Shown: piece after piece, positions 39,256 to 51,286 of the stretch | Layout: the number at the start of each line of letters is the position of its first letter | Numbering within the stretch: the stretch's first letter is position 1 | Source: Octopus sinensis | Lineage: Eukaryota | Length of the DNA stretch: 64,000 nucleotides | Assembly: GCF_006345805.1 (NCBI RefSeq) | Contig: NC_042998.1 | Coordinates: 80,972,001-81,036,000, forward strand | Direction: 5' to 3' | Program-made: the position numbers and the translations under genes | The notes under the pieces: generated by a model | The model's input: only the letters and a program-made list of their open reading frames with translations | The model's database searches: none | Told to the model about the DNA's origin: nothing

Positions 39256-40889
39256 TTCGGAAGTTCTAATAAGGTAGATCATGTCCTGCCCCTTAAAAGC
39301 AGAAAAGACGATCGGAAAACTTAAACTAGAGAGGTCAGGAACGGGTGAATATGTTTTGTGTTTGAAAAGGGAAAATATAGACCATTATCGAATACAATTT
39401 CCATAAGTGATATAAATCAAAGTGGATGAGGTTAACAGACCGGAAAGTTGTTTTCATATATTTTACCTCTATTGATAACAATGTTTATTTCGCTGATATT
39501 ACCAAAAGTGTATCTTTTCTATTAGATGGCATCATGTATAAGAACTATATTTCCTGAAAATCACATTTCAATAGATTTTAACTCTTTTTCTGAAATGTGT
39601 TTCTGTCTCGCCTATATTTGGCATTACTGTTTGTTTGATTTGAGACAGAAAAAAGTTTTGAAAGAGTTATTTGTTAGTAGAATCAAAACTGCAAGAAAAC
39701 CTTTTAAAATGATTTAAAATATTTTTGCAATTACATTATCTACATTGATCGTTTGTGTGATTCTGTAAGAGAAAACTATATAGAACACATTTTTAGATCG
39801 GAGAAAGTTTTCTGAGTTGCAAGTGCACAAAGGAAATACATTAATGTTATATACAAAGACAAATTTTTAAGGATAGGTTAAACAACTATCGATCAAAACT
39901 TTATGCATTCAAGACGAATTGCTATCGCTTGTAAACTATAGTCTTCATTATTTATTTTTCGAAAGGATTAGGTTTACAGACAGAAAGTCCAGAATATCGG
40001 AATTTGTCCTCATAGAAAACACAACACGATCGTTTGTATTTTACTTTAGTCTTTCAGAATATCTTTAAAAAATACTAAACATTTATAAATATACCGAATA
40101 TATATTATAAACATAATGCTACTGGTTTCTAGACAGGAAGTGTATGAAAATGTGGCCTCTTATGTAATTCTGTAATTCAAAAAGCTATTGAAATTTCAGA
40201 GTATATGTTGACCAAGTAAGAACATTTGAAAAATCTTAAACACATGCAGTGTTCTCGACACTGTGACCGAAGGTAAAAACGAGGATAATTCAAATATTGT
40301 TGGTTCTATGAAATATTATATCATATATCATTTTTAATTGAGAAAAATTTCTATAGATTTATAATTAATATATTCATTTAACATACCTGACAGAAGAAAG
40401 AATCTCATCTAACTCCTTACTTTACTGTTAAGGTTCGCAATTTCTTCATCTGGAAAGATCATCATTGTATCTATTGATGAATTTCACTTGGCTAATTAAG
40501 CAGTTAAAGGATTCCATTAATACAAATTATATCACGTATTCCATTTTAACAAAATTATATCATTGTGAATCACAATTTAAATCTCTCTTGCTTAAAAGAA
40601 TTTAAAAAATAATTAGACCCAATTTGGCGTAATTAAATACTCTAAATATATAACTCGGATTTTCTATTCGAATGAATATATTGAAATTAAGACTATTTTA
40701 ATTGTAGATGACGTAGCTCACGAAATGATAGCGATTTCAGGCAAATAATTTGGTCAAATCTTTCCCAAGAGTTTATTCTTCTGTATTAGTTGGATGAGCC
40801 AGAGGTTTCTATCTTTATGTCAAAATGTCAAACATCAAGAATATGAAATTCTCAAATGCCTGGGTTTATAATGCACGCACACGCACGCA

Positions 40890-40928
<39 letters not shown>

Positions 40929-41135
40929 ATACACACGTACACACACATATACACATATATACACTCAGACACAAACGCGCGTATACACAAATATATGCAC
41001 GTACACACACGCAGACATACAAACACACGTACACGCACATACACCCATACACGTACACACACACGCAACATACACACACAAATACATACACTTACATATA
41101 TACACCCTCAAACACACACACATACACACACTCAT

Positions 41136-41188
<53 letters not shown>

Positions 41189-41865
41189 ATATATATATAC
41201 ACAGACACAAACGCGCGTATACATACACGCATGCACACACAGATCACACACATGTATACTTACATATACATATATATGCACGCACAGAGACATATATGTG
41301 TGTATATATATTCGTCTATCGTTGTCACATCTTTATATAAAATTAAAACCGGTATTATTGTTCAAAATGGCGTTTGAAATATCACGAGACCTCACCAAAC
41401 TGATCAATCTTAAAATATGAACAAGAAGAATTTGCTATTTGTTATTAATGTTAATGAAAGCCGCAATATTTCACTTTCATTAAATACTGCGTCTTCTATC
41501 ACTTTACTGGCGCAGCTTCAGGAAAATTTAAGAATCAAAAGCGATGATCCCAGCTGAGTAACTACCTCTTCATTTGTATTGCGATCTGCGCATAGAAATG
41601 CACCATTTTATTCGAATAATTTCTAAGACTATTTACAAAATTAGCTGATAAACACACGGGAAAATATTGACCGAAATGAGAAGTCAAGCGAGCATTTTGT
41701 AGTTTACTCATTTAGGAATACCTGAAATTTCTTTGGACTTGACAAACTATGTTTGCAGTATTAATTTCGAAGGATACAAATTTATAATTTATCTTATATT
41801 TGCTTCAGTCATTAGACTGCAGCCATGCTGGGCCTCTGATTTGAAGTTTATTGTTGAAATCAACC

Positions 41866-41969
<104 letters not shown>

Positions 41970-41984
41970 GTCTGTCTGTCTGTC

Positions 41985-42022
<38 letters not shown>

Positions 42023-42873
42023 GGCCACAGGGCAAAAGAGAAAAAGAAGGAAAAAAGAATAGAGAAGCAAACAAACAAAGCAGAAACACCCGCAGAAAAC
42101 AAAAGTATTAACACAAATACATAAACACCAAATAGCCCCACGATGTTGACAGCTATAAACACTAACAATGCAGACCCAATGGAATACATTAGGTCAAACA
42201 CCAACATAACAGAAAACGATACCAAAACAAATAATCCACGCACAAGACCACCATATCACATTAAAATCATATATATAACACAGACCACATACAACTCACT
42301 GAAATCTCTCTACCCGGATGCAGTAGGGAGATTTCAAAAATACCTCTTTAAAAAACTGTACAAAAACCTTCTGAGAGAAGACTGTGAGGTGAAGGACGAA
42401 CAACTTTCGAACAGTAAGTGACTCTTTTTATCTCATTCTCTCCCGTCTTCCTTTCGTGTGTAAAACACAACTTTCGATAGGACACATGCTCAGAATAGGT
42501 TGTATAAATGCACGTAGCTTGGGGTCGCCTTGAAAACACAGCCATCCTCGTGCCTATTATATTTACATTCTAATCATATTTCCTTTGGCAACTCGTAGTC
42601 GTTTCAAAATTAGTATTGAAAATAGCAATGTGTCATGAAGGATATAATATTAAGATACCGTGGTATCATACAAAATGAAATATAGGATTAACTGAAATAT
42701 GCTAAATTCTGAATTACAATCACATTTGCACTATCACCACATTTTCCCACTGCAAATATGAAGCCTGCAAATTGAAAAAGCTCTAATTCACTTGCAAGGA
42801 TTCACCAATTCATCATGCTAAACCTTTTTTCTTGAAGAAATAAGAATCTTTAAAAGAGAAATGTCTCTCTACA

Positions 42874-43020
42874 GGCACAGGAGTGGCTGTGAGATATGTA
42901 GCTTACTTACAACCACATGGTTCCGGGTTCAGTCCCATTGCGTGGCACCTTGGGTTTTCTACTATAGCCTCGGGCTGACAAAAGCCTTGTGAGTGGATTT
43001 GGTAGACGGAAACTGAAAGC

Positions 43021-43022
<2 letters not shown>
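42874..43022 (+). mobile_element. SINE family B, 5' half
   Basis: Head plus CORE, ending in (TA)n. Confidence 0.82.
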
Positions 43023-43078
<56 letters not shown>

Positions 43079-43272
43079 CATATCGATACATATATACATA
43101 CATATATACATACAGACACACATATATATTCATACATTCGCGCATGCACGCATGCTCACCCACACACGCTCGCACACACATACACACTCAAGCGCGGCAA
43201 ATGTGTGGGTGAGCATGTGTGTGTTTCAAGTGAGGGTGGATGAGTATATACATATACATAGCATTTTTTCGA

Positions 43273-43346
43273 TGGCCCGATAACTGAAGAGATGCCGGCG
43301 TGGGTTTCCGCCCCGACATCCGAAACTCGGAGTTTTATCATGGCTA
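43273..43346 (+). ncRNA. Minimal type I hammerhead ribozyme
   Basis: Stem I GATAA/TTATC plus distal TGGCC/GGCTA; CTGAAGA; stem II GATG/CATC plus GGCG/CGCC with one extra C; GAAAC; near-palindromic ACTCGGAGT; GTT triplet; predicted cut after 43334. Confidence 0.75.
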
Positions 43347-43411
43347 CCGAATAATTGTCACATATTATATTTACACACACACACACACACATATATATTT
43401 ATACTTATGTA

Positions 43412-43458
<47 letters not shown>

Positions 43459-43461
<3 letters not shown>

Positions 43462-43545
43462 CGTGATCACCATGACCGACCAGGCTATCAGATGTTGCTA
43501 CACATCGCTGGTCACAATGCGCTTCGCATTGTTTTAGCCTTCTAA
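43459..43545 (+). repeat. Interspersed repeat, second copy inverted at 51137-51258
   Basis: TGACCGACCAG(G/A)C(T/C)ATCAGATGTTG.TA.ACATCGCTGGTCACAATGCG.TTCGCATTGTTTTA.CCTTC is shared. Confidence 0.8.
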
Positions 43546-43564
43546 ATATACATATATATACACA

Positions 43565-43715
43565 TACGTACGACGGACTTCTTTCAGTTTCTGTCTACCT
43601 AATGACTATATAAAATTTTGGTTGGTCCAAGGCAATAGTAAAAGATACTTACCCAAGGTGACACGCAGTGAGACTGATCCCGGAACCATGTGGTTGGGAA
43701 GCAAATTGTTACCAT
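43565..43715 (-). mobile_element. SINE family B, 5' half
   Basis: Reverse complement of head and CORE. Confidence 0.78.
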
Positions 43716-44562
43716 ACGTTGCCCTGCGCCAATGTGTAAATGTATGTGTGTATGTATGTATGTATGTATGTATGTATGTATGTATGTATGTATGTATGTA
43801 TGTATATAGATATGTATGTGTTCGTTCCGATGCGCGTACGTATACTTACCTATTTTTCAGTAGTTTCGCTAATGAGAGTTAAGAAGCTGTAGTATCGTCT
43901 TCAAACGTCTTAGTCAATTATGTCGTTCCTACTATCTCGTGTGATAGACTTTCGACTTTCTTTCATCGAATGGCTTAACCGTCTTGTATCACCCGTCTGT
44001 AAACACTGAAAGGAACTCCCCTATTTACATATATGTCAATATAAACCAATATTGACATATATGTACGCACACATACACATACACTCACAAATGTATACAC
44101 CTAACTTCCTAGCAGTTCTCATCCACCAGATTTCACAAGTCATTATTCAATGTGACAATCAACTAGAAGATGCTTGCCCTGAGTATCGCGTTGCGAGACT
44201 CTACACGCAACCACGTAATTGCTGAGTGAAATTCTTAATCATACAGACATGTCTTACGTTGTTTTTCATTTGTCTGTCTTTCATGTAAAAGTACGAACGT
44301 GTTCAATACACATATTTGTTAAGGTTATGTGCACACTTTTGTAATTGTATTGCAATTAAAATTATATCCTGGTAATGAAAGAGTACGTGCTATTGACTTT
44401 ACAGTCAACCACATTCATCACCGAATTCGAAATTGTAAAATGATGGTTCAAACATTTAAATAAGTTATAAGTAATTGAGTAGTTGACGTGGATATTCGAC
44501 TATTCCTAAAATACCAGAAGGTAGTTCTGTCTTCAAGTTAATAAGAAGCAGATTTTAAGTTT

Positions 44563-44663
44563 AGTTCTATATTTAAGAGATGAGGAATTAGTTATATTAT
44601 TCACTGCCTGGAATCGAACTCGGAATCTTAGGGTTAGTAGCCCTCATTCTTAACCACTACGCC
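44563..44663 (-). mobile_element. Short SINE (family D): tRNA-like head fused to the tail of the HHR-bearing repeat
   Basis: A box GGCGTAGTGG, anticodon-like arm AGGG-CTACTAA-CCCT, B box GAGTTCGATTCC. Tail AATTCCTCATCTC..AA.TATAGAAC matches 56103-56128 on the minus strand. Confidence 0.75.
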
Positions 44664-44687
44664 GTAATAACCTGAATAATTAAAATA

Positions 44688-44760
<73 letters not shown>

Positions 44761-44761
<1 letters not shown>

Positions 44762-47400
44762 CTTAAGGTTCATAAGACTACCAAACCTACAAAAACCCAA
44801 AGACTAATGAAAAAATATAATATGTAAACTATACTTGATATTGATGCCACCATAGAAACCATCAAGCAAAAGGTATCTGCCAAAGCTGCCCGCATAGCGA
44901 GGTATGAAAAGCGTGTTAGATCCTTCAGGGACAACAACATGTTCAAAAATAACCCAAACATTTTTACAGGAAAATAGGAAAAACACCAGTTACTGTAAAG
45001 TATGTACCATCAAAAGAAGTGCAGGGATTTTGGAATAAAATTTGGGCAGAAGAAAAAAAACCAGCGAAAAGGCCCCCTGGATTGATAGAATATCTAAAGA
45101 ACTGGACTCCTTAGAAGAGCAAAAGTGGGAGGGTGTCAAGGTAGAAGATATAAGATCTGCTCTCAGGAGGTCAAGCAAATGGAAGTCTCCAGGAAAGGAT
45201 AAAATCTCTAACTTCTGGTTGAATGCCTTCCCAGAGAGCCATGAACTGCTAACAGAACTTTACAATGATGTTTTGCAACACCCTAGTAGGATGCCTCCTT
45301 GGCTAGTTAATGGGTTAACATTCCTGCTTCCAAAAAGTGAAGAAACAAATGAACCAAAAAACTATAGACCTATAACCTGCTTAACAACTATGTATAAAAC
45401 ACTAACATCTGTCCTGACGGAATATACCTATAGTTTTTTGACAGACAGCAGCATATTCCCTAATGAACAGAAAGGATGTAAAGACCAACTACTCATCAAT
45501 AAGATGATCTTAGAAGATTGTCACAAACGATACAAAAACTTATCAATAGCCTGGATAGACTATAACAAGGCTTTTGATAGCCTACCACATAGCTGGATTA
45601 AGAAATGCCTAGAAATGTATAAGATAGCACCTACTCTGCCAAACTTTTTGTCTGTAAGTATGAGATCATGGAGAACCACACTAACTCTGAACAGTGACAA
45701 TGAATCTCTAAATGCTGGTGATGTAAAAATTTCATGTGGCATTTTCCAGGGTGACTCACTATCACCACTCCTCTTCTGTTTAGCCTTAATACCTTTCTCA
45801 AAACTGCTCAATGACGCGCAGTACGGATATAAAATGTTTGATAAAAATATAAATCATCTCATTTACATGGATGATTTAAAGCTTTTTGCAAAAAATGAAC
45901 AACAACTCAAGGGCTTACTAGCGATTGTCAAACAATTCAGTGATGACATCAGAATGCAATTTGGCCTCGATAAGTGTGCAAAAGCTACCTTTATCAAAGG
46001 AAAAATGACAGAAACATCTAACGTTAACCTTGACCACCAGAATGTCATAAAAGAATTAGACCCAGCGGAGAACTACAAGTATCTAGGGGTAATTGAAGGA
46101 GACGGAATAAGGCATTCAGAGATGAAGGAAAGGATCAGGAGAGAATGCTATCGCAGAGTAAGAGCAATACTCAAGACAGAGCTGAATGCGAGAAACAGGA
46201 TCGAAGCGATCAATGTATTAGCCATACCAGTCGTGACTTACAGTTTCAATATCGTTAACTGGTCAATTACTGAAATATGTAAGCTTGACAGAAAAATATG
46301 AAAACTGTTGACAATGCATAGAATGCACCACCCTAAGGCAGATACAGAACGACTTTATCTGCCAAGAAAAGAGGGAGGCCGTGGACTTTTACAACTGGCA
46401 ATAACAATGAAAATTGCTACAATTGGCCTAGACACCTACCTGAAAAAGTCTGAGGACTGGATGTTAAAACTTGTCTCAAAGCATGAAAACAAGAAAGCAT
46501 CATACTCAGTAACAAAACAGGCAAAGGAATATCTAAGTGAATTCCGAATACAACAAATTTCGGAATTATAGATAGACATACAAGAAACAGGCACAGAAAA
46601 AGCTAACCCGTGCTAAATCTGCGGTCTTAGATATTCTGAATGATAAATGGCAAGAAAAACCTCTCTAAGAGAGCGAATAATGCAGATGTTGACAAAGCCC
46701 TGACCCAACAATGGCTAATGGCCTCTGGCTTAAAATCTGAAACAGAGGGGTTTATCATAGCAGCTCAAGATCAATGCCTACCAACAAGAAACTACCAGGC
46801 CAACATATTAAAGATCAGCAGCAGTCCAACGTGTCTCTTATGCGGATACTCTAACAACGGTTTGGATTAGTGTGTAGTATTTGACTCGAGCAGATAGACT
46901 GATAGAAAGATAGATGCAAATAGGCCAGACATCATATTGAAATACTTCAGACAAAGAAAATGCCTCCTCATTGATATGACTGTCCCAATCGATATAAACG
47001 TATCAGTCAAGACCTACCAAAAACTGAGCAAATATAAAGATCTTGAAATAGAAATCAGCAAAATGTGGAACCTGAAGACTAAAACAATACCTGTTGTCAT
47101 AGGTGCCCTGGGAATGATAGCAAAAGGGGCTGATAGCTACCTAACTCAGATACCAGGAAACCCCAAAATGGCAGAAATTCAAAAGATAGTGCTCATGGGA
47201 ACTGCTCATATCCTACGCAAAATACTTTCTATGTAATCTCAAAGTTTAAAACAAACATTTTTTTTAGACATCCACCAGTACAACCAAATATATGGCACAC
47301 TAGGCATAACAACAACATGAACTTCCAACCTGTTGTCTCTTGAGGTCTCCGGGTCCGACTTGGCGCCAACTTGTACAAATATAAAGCAAAAGTCAAACAT
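44761..47400 (+). mobile_element. R4/Dong-type non-LTR retrotransposon (RT, CCHC remnant, restriction-like endonuclease), 5'-truncated, inserted in (TAA)n
   Basis: ORF 45042-46301 has NYRPITCL, WIDYNKAFDSLPH, GIFQGDSLSP and YMDDLKLF. Downstream: AAQDQCLPTRNY, CLLCG, ANRPDIILK...LIDMTVP, KYKDL. (TAA)n flanks both sides. Confidence 0.92.
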
Positions 47401-47580
47401 ATAATAATAATAATAATAATAATAATAACATCGAAAAATACCTTAGAAATGAGAACCCAGGTTCGAAATTTCCCCAAGACACCTGATGAAAGCTGGAGGG
47501 TATATCAGCCGAAACGTTGTGTTAACAACAAACAAGATGAGGACAAATATCCGTCAAATGTAAATAGTGTAAATAGTGTT
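47401..47580 (+). repeat. Body of HHR-bearing repeat family D
   Basis: Homologous to 56246-56345: GACACCTGATGAA(A/G)GCTGGAG.GTA.ATCAGCCGAAACGTTGTG...CAAACAAGATGAG.ACA.ATATCCGTC.AATGTAAATAGTG. Confidence 0.85.
47478..47523 (+). ncRNA. Minimal hammerhead variant with loopless palindromic stem III (ACGT)
   Basis: Stem I GACAC/GTGTT; CTGATGA plus A; stem II (A)GCTG/CAGC(C); GAAACGTT; predicted cut after 47518. Confidence 0.68.
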
Positions 47581-47926
47581 TAAGTTGTTTCGCGTTGCAT
47601 CCGCATTCCAAGCTATCGGAATCAGTGTGATTTACGCAAAGGGTTTAGTTTCAAAGCGAGACTAAATACATATGTATAGCTATGACTCTGTATACGTAAG
47701 TATACATAACCTATGTAGAATTGGTAAACTAGTAATTAAATCAATGAGATTTTTATATCGAGGAATATAATATGGGAACAACAAGAGAAGCAGTTAAATT
47801 TTTTAAGTTTCTGAAAGAGCAGCACAGATACATTAGGCGAATGAAATAATGGAGTAACGTACAACTACACAATAGAGCCGGTATACATGAATAAATAAAA
47901 TGTATACATATACAGACACACATGTA

Positions 47927-48034
<108 letters not shown>

Positions 48035-49288
48035 ATATATATATATGTATACATATTCTAATTTATGTCTTGTTTATAGTTCTGTGCATTCAAGTGATTT
48101 ACGTGTCAAACACTAGTATGACAATGACAGATAACACTGTCCGACTACCTACAAAGAGAAATTAACTACGTTTCGCATTATGAAATCACAAATTCTGGTC
48201 TATTCACCCCCGTCGTCTTGTCTTTCCAGTTATCTACATAAACTTGGAATTAATATTCATCAATGCCACTTGGATTTCAATACAAGCTTACCATAGTGCA
48301 ATATTAAAACAGGGTATAACATTAATATAGTAATTTGTGGATAAACTAAATCTTAACATAAATTGTTTCCTATAGCAAGTGTACAGGCGAGTTCAGCTTC
48401 TTATTTTTGATGAGATTATCTAATCTTATAGCAGTACACTCTTTTATTATTTATTTTGCTTTTCCAAGATTTTCAGTAAAGTTTTAATGACTAGTTTTCG
48501 ATGTCCTTACCGTTTGGCAATAAGCGAGTATTCAGTTCATAAACTTCAGTTATATCGTCATAACACCTAACACCTTCTGAAAAGTATTATTTTAACTATG
48601 TTGTAGAGTGGTGATATTCCCATGTTTTCTATCGTAACTGTTCTAGTTTTTTCAAATATTTGTATTCGTTTCTATGTCTAATTCCATTAGTATTCACTCA
48701 TGTTAAATACGTATGGACATGAGAAGAACGTCTGTAATACGACAGTGTTCTGCAAACGTTTTATCGAAGCAATTATCTTATGTAATGAAATTCATTAGAA
48801 AGATAGATGACACTAATCAAGATGAAGAGTTGCAGTTTAAATCGTTAGTTACATAGAAATGCTCCTATCTTGGTGTAATGTGAAACGAAAAAAAGACATT
48901 TGTATAGAAAGTAATAAATCAAATCGTTAATATAAGTAACGAAATATTCACAATTGCTGTCATCTTAAGGAATAAACTAGAATCAGCATCAGACTTGAGT
49001 ATAAAGCAAATGTTAGCCATATTCGGTAAACTTCATAACACAATATTTCTAACTTAATATATGAAAATATAAAACTTCCTTGCTTAACTATTTTGATGTT
49101 TTCAATTCCAGCTAAATACCTAAAACCCACACGCGTATTTTATAATTAAGACGAACATTGGTTTCAAACAACTCCTTTAAATGCATTAATATACGAATAT
49201 TTTTATAAAAAGGCGTTGATAGATGCTATTATTCTTCGTGAATGTTATGAATTAGGTATATTTTGGTAGCTTATTTTTGTGACGTGGG

Positions 49289-49337
<49 letters not shown>

Positions 49338-49522
49338 CACAGGAACTTAGTTAGATTTGAAAATCCCACTAGAATGAGAGAAAGCGCTAATACATGATCT
49401 AAGTTATATGATGTATAAAAACATGTAATATACAAATAAATATCTGTAAATATAAAACCATCTGAATTTCTGAGTACCTCATTTCTTCTAATATAAAATA
49501 CTTGTACATCATCTCAAAACCT

Positions 49523-49585
<63 letters not shown>

Positions 49586-49650
49586 ATAAATTTTCGGAAT
49601 GAGATAAAAATCCAAGGCTGTGATAGTTTTTAGAACATAATAAATAGAAG

Positions 49651-49698
49651 GTCTTACAGCTGTTTCCAGGATATTTTATGTATCCCTTCATCGGAGAC
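49651..49698 (-). ncRNA. Minimal type I hammerhead (U4C)
   Basis: Stem I GTCT/AGAC; CCGATGA; stem II GGGATA/TATCCT flanked by A and G; GAAAC; palindromic ACAGCTGT; GTA triplet. Confidence 0.68.
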
Positions 49699-49844
49699 GG
49701 CGTGAGAGAATAGTTACTCTAGATAAGATATGAAATAGAGAGTGAAGTGGAAGAATGAAAATAGACGTGAGATATGCAGGAATATTGCATCTGTAGATCC
49801 ATTATTTAGGCAGAATGGTATACATATAAGATTCCAATAACTTG

Positions 49845-50004
49845 TAAGTTCCAATAGTATTTAAAATTGCTCATTCTAAGTTTAGAGTTTATACACTGTG
49901 TTAATGAATCGAGGTTTTTTATTTAAATAAAAAACCTCGATTCAATAACACCGTGTACGAATTCTATACTTGAAATGACCAATTTTAAACACTATTGCAA
50001 CTTA
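49845..50004. repeat. 160-bp loopless palindrome
   Basis: Two 80-bp arms centred at 49924/49925, with a perfect 38-bp core GAATCGAGGTTTTTTATTT|AAATAAAAAACCTCGATTC. Confidence 0.9.
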
Positions 50005-50184
50005 CTCAAATAAAACCCTCGATTCAATAAGAGTCTGCAACTAAGAGTCTTGCCACATCGTATAGCAGAAACTGCTGTAGGCTAATGAAGCTCATTACAT
50101 AGCATTTGTTCTTACTGTTGTCTTCGTTTTGCCCCTCTTTCTCTCTCGGTCTCTCTCTCTATATGTATGTATACATACATACAT

Positions 50185-50224
<40 letters not shown>

Positions 50225-50317
50225 ACATATATATATATATGTATGTATGTGTGTGTGTATACATATACATATATACATATATACATGCATACATACATAC
50301 ATACATACATACATACA

Positions 50318-50353
<36 letters not shown>

Positions 50354-50404
50354 TATACACACACAGACACACAGACGCACACACACACACACACATATAT
50401 ATAT

Positions 50405-50765
50405 TTGTTAGCATCCTTTTGTCTCGGGAGACAGTGGAGTTGCGTATTCCTCTCCAATTTTGCGCAGGTCTGAGCAAGATGTAAGAAAATCTTGGGTAGC
50501 CCAATAGTAAGGGTTCCTCTCTCGACCATGCTGACGTAGTGCAAAGGAGCGCAGAGCATTACATTTGACACCAGCTTGGTTGCAGGAGCTGCCGGAAGAG
50601 TGTCGAAGCGAACACTAAACCGCCTACGGGGATCCACTCCGGATTTCTTTGAAGGTTGTCTCTTTTCTGTAAGCATGGACAGGGGCCCATACTGAGTACT
50701 GTCAGCCGGAGCCAGCTGAGCCTGGGACTCATGTCAGGCAGAGTCGTCATTCCCTAAAGTAGTGA
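50405..50765 (+). mobile_element. GC-richer repeat island, possibly the 5' UTR of an RTE LINE
   Basis: Motifs TTGGTTGCAGGAGCTGCCGG and GGGATCCACTCCGGATTT recall RTE 5' UTRs (from memory only). No ORF is attached. Confidence 0.3.
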
Positions 50766-50781
50766 AGAAAATCACTAACCA

Positions 50782-50876
<95 letters not shown>

Positions 50877-50877
50877 A

Positions 50878-51042
50878 TGTTCCGAGTTCAAATTCCGCCG
50901 AGGTCGACTTTGCCTTTCATCCTTTCGGGGTCGATAAATTAAGTACCAGTTACGCACTGGGGTCGGTGTAATCGACTTAATCCCTTTGTCTGTCCTTGTT
51001 TGTCCCCTCTGTGTTTAGCCCCTTGTGGGTAGTAAAGAAATA
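50878..51042 (+). mobile_element. SINE family A, 5'-truncated, within (TATC)n
   Basis: B box, core and first tail intact. Confidence 0.88.
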
Positions 51043-51054
51043 TATCTATCTATC

Positions 51055-51122
<68 letters not shown>

Positions 51123-51254
51123 CGTATATATATATATTGGCCTGCTCGCTTAGCCAGCAGGGTGGCGTCAGTCGAAGGATAAAACAATGCGAACGCATTG
51201 TGACCAGCGATGTTTAACAACATCTGATGGTCTGGTCGGTCACGTGATCACGTG

Positions 51255-51286
<32 letters not shown>

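Noticed and set aside
40387-40491. 105-nt minus-strand exon candidate with AG and GTATGT borders
   Set aside because: All three frames contain stops; at best a non-coding exon.
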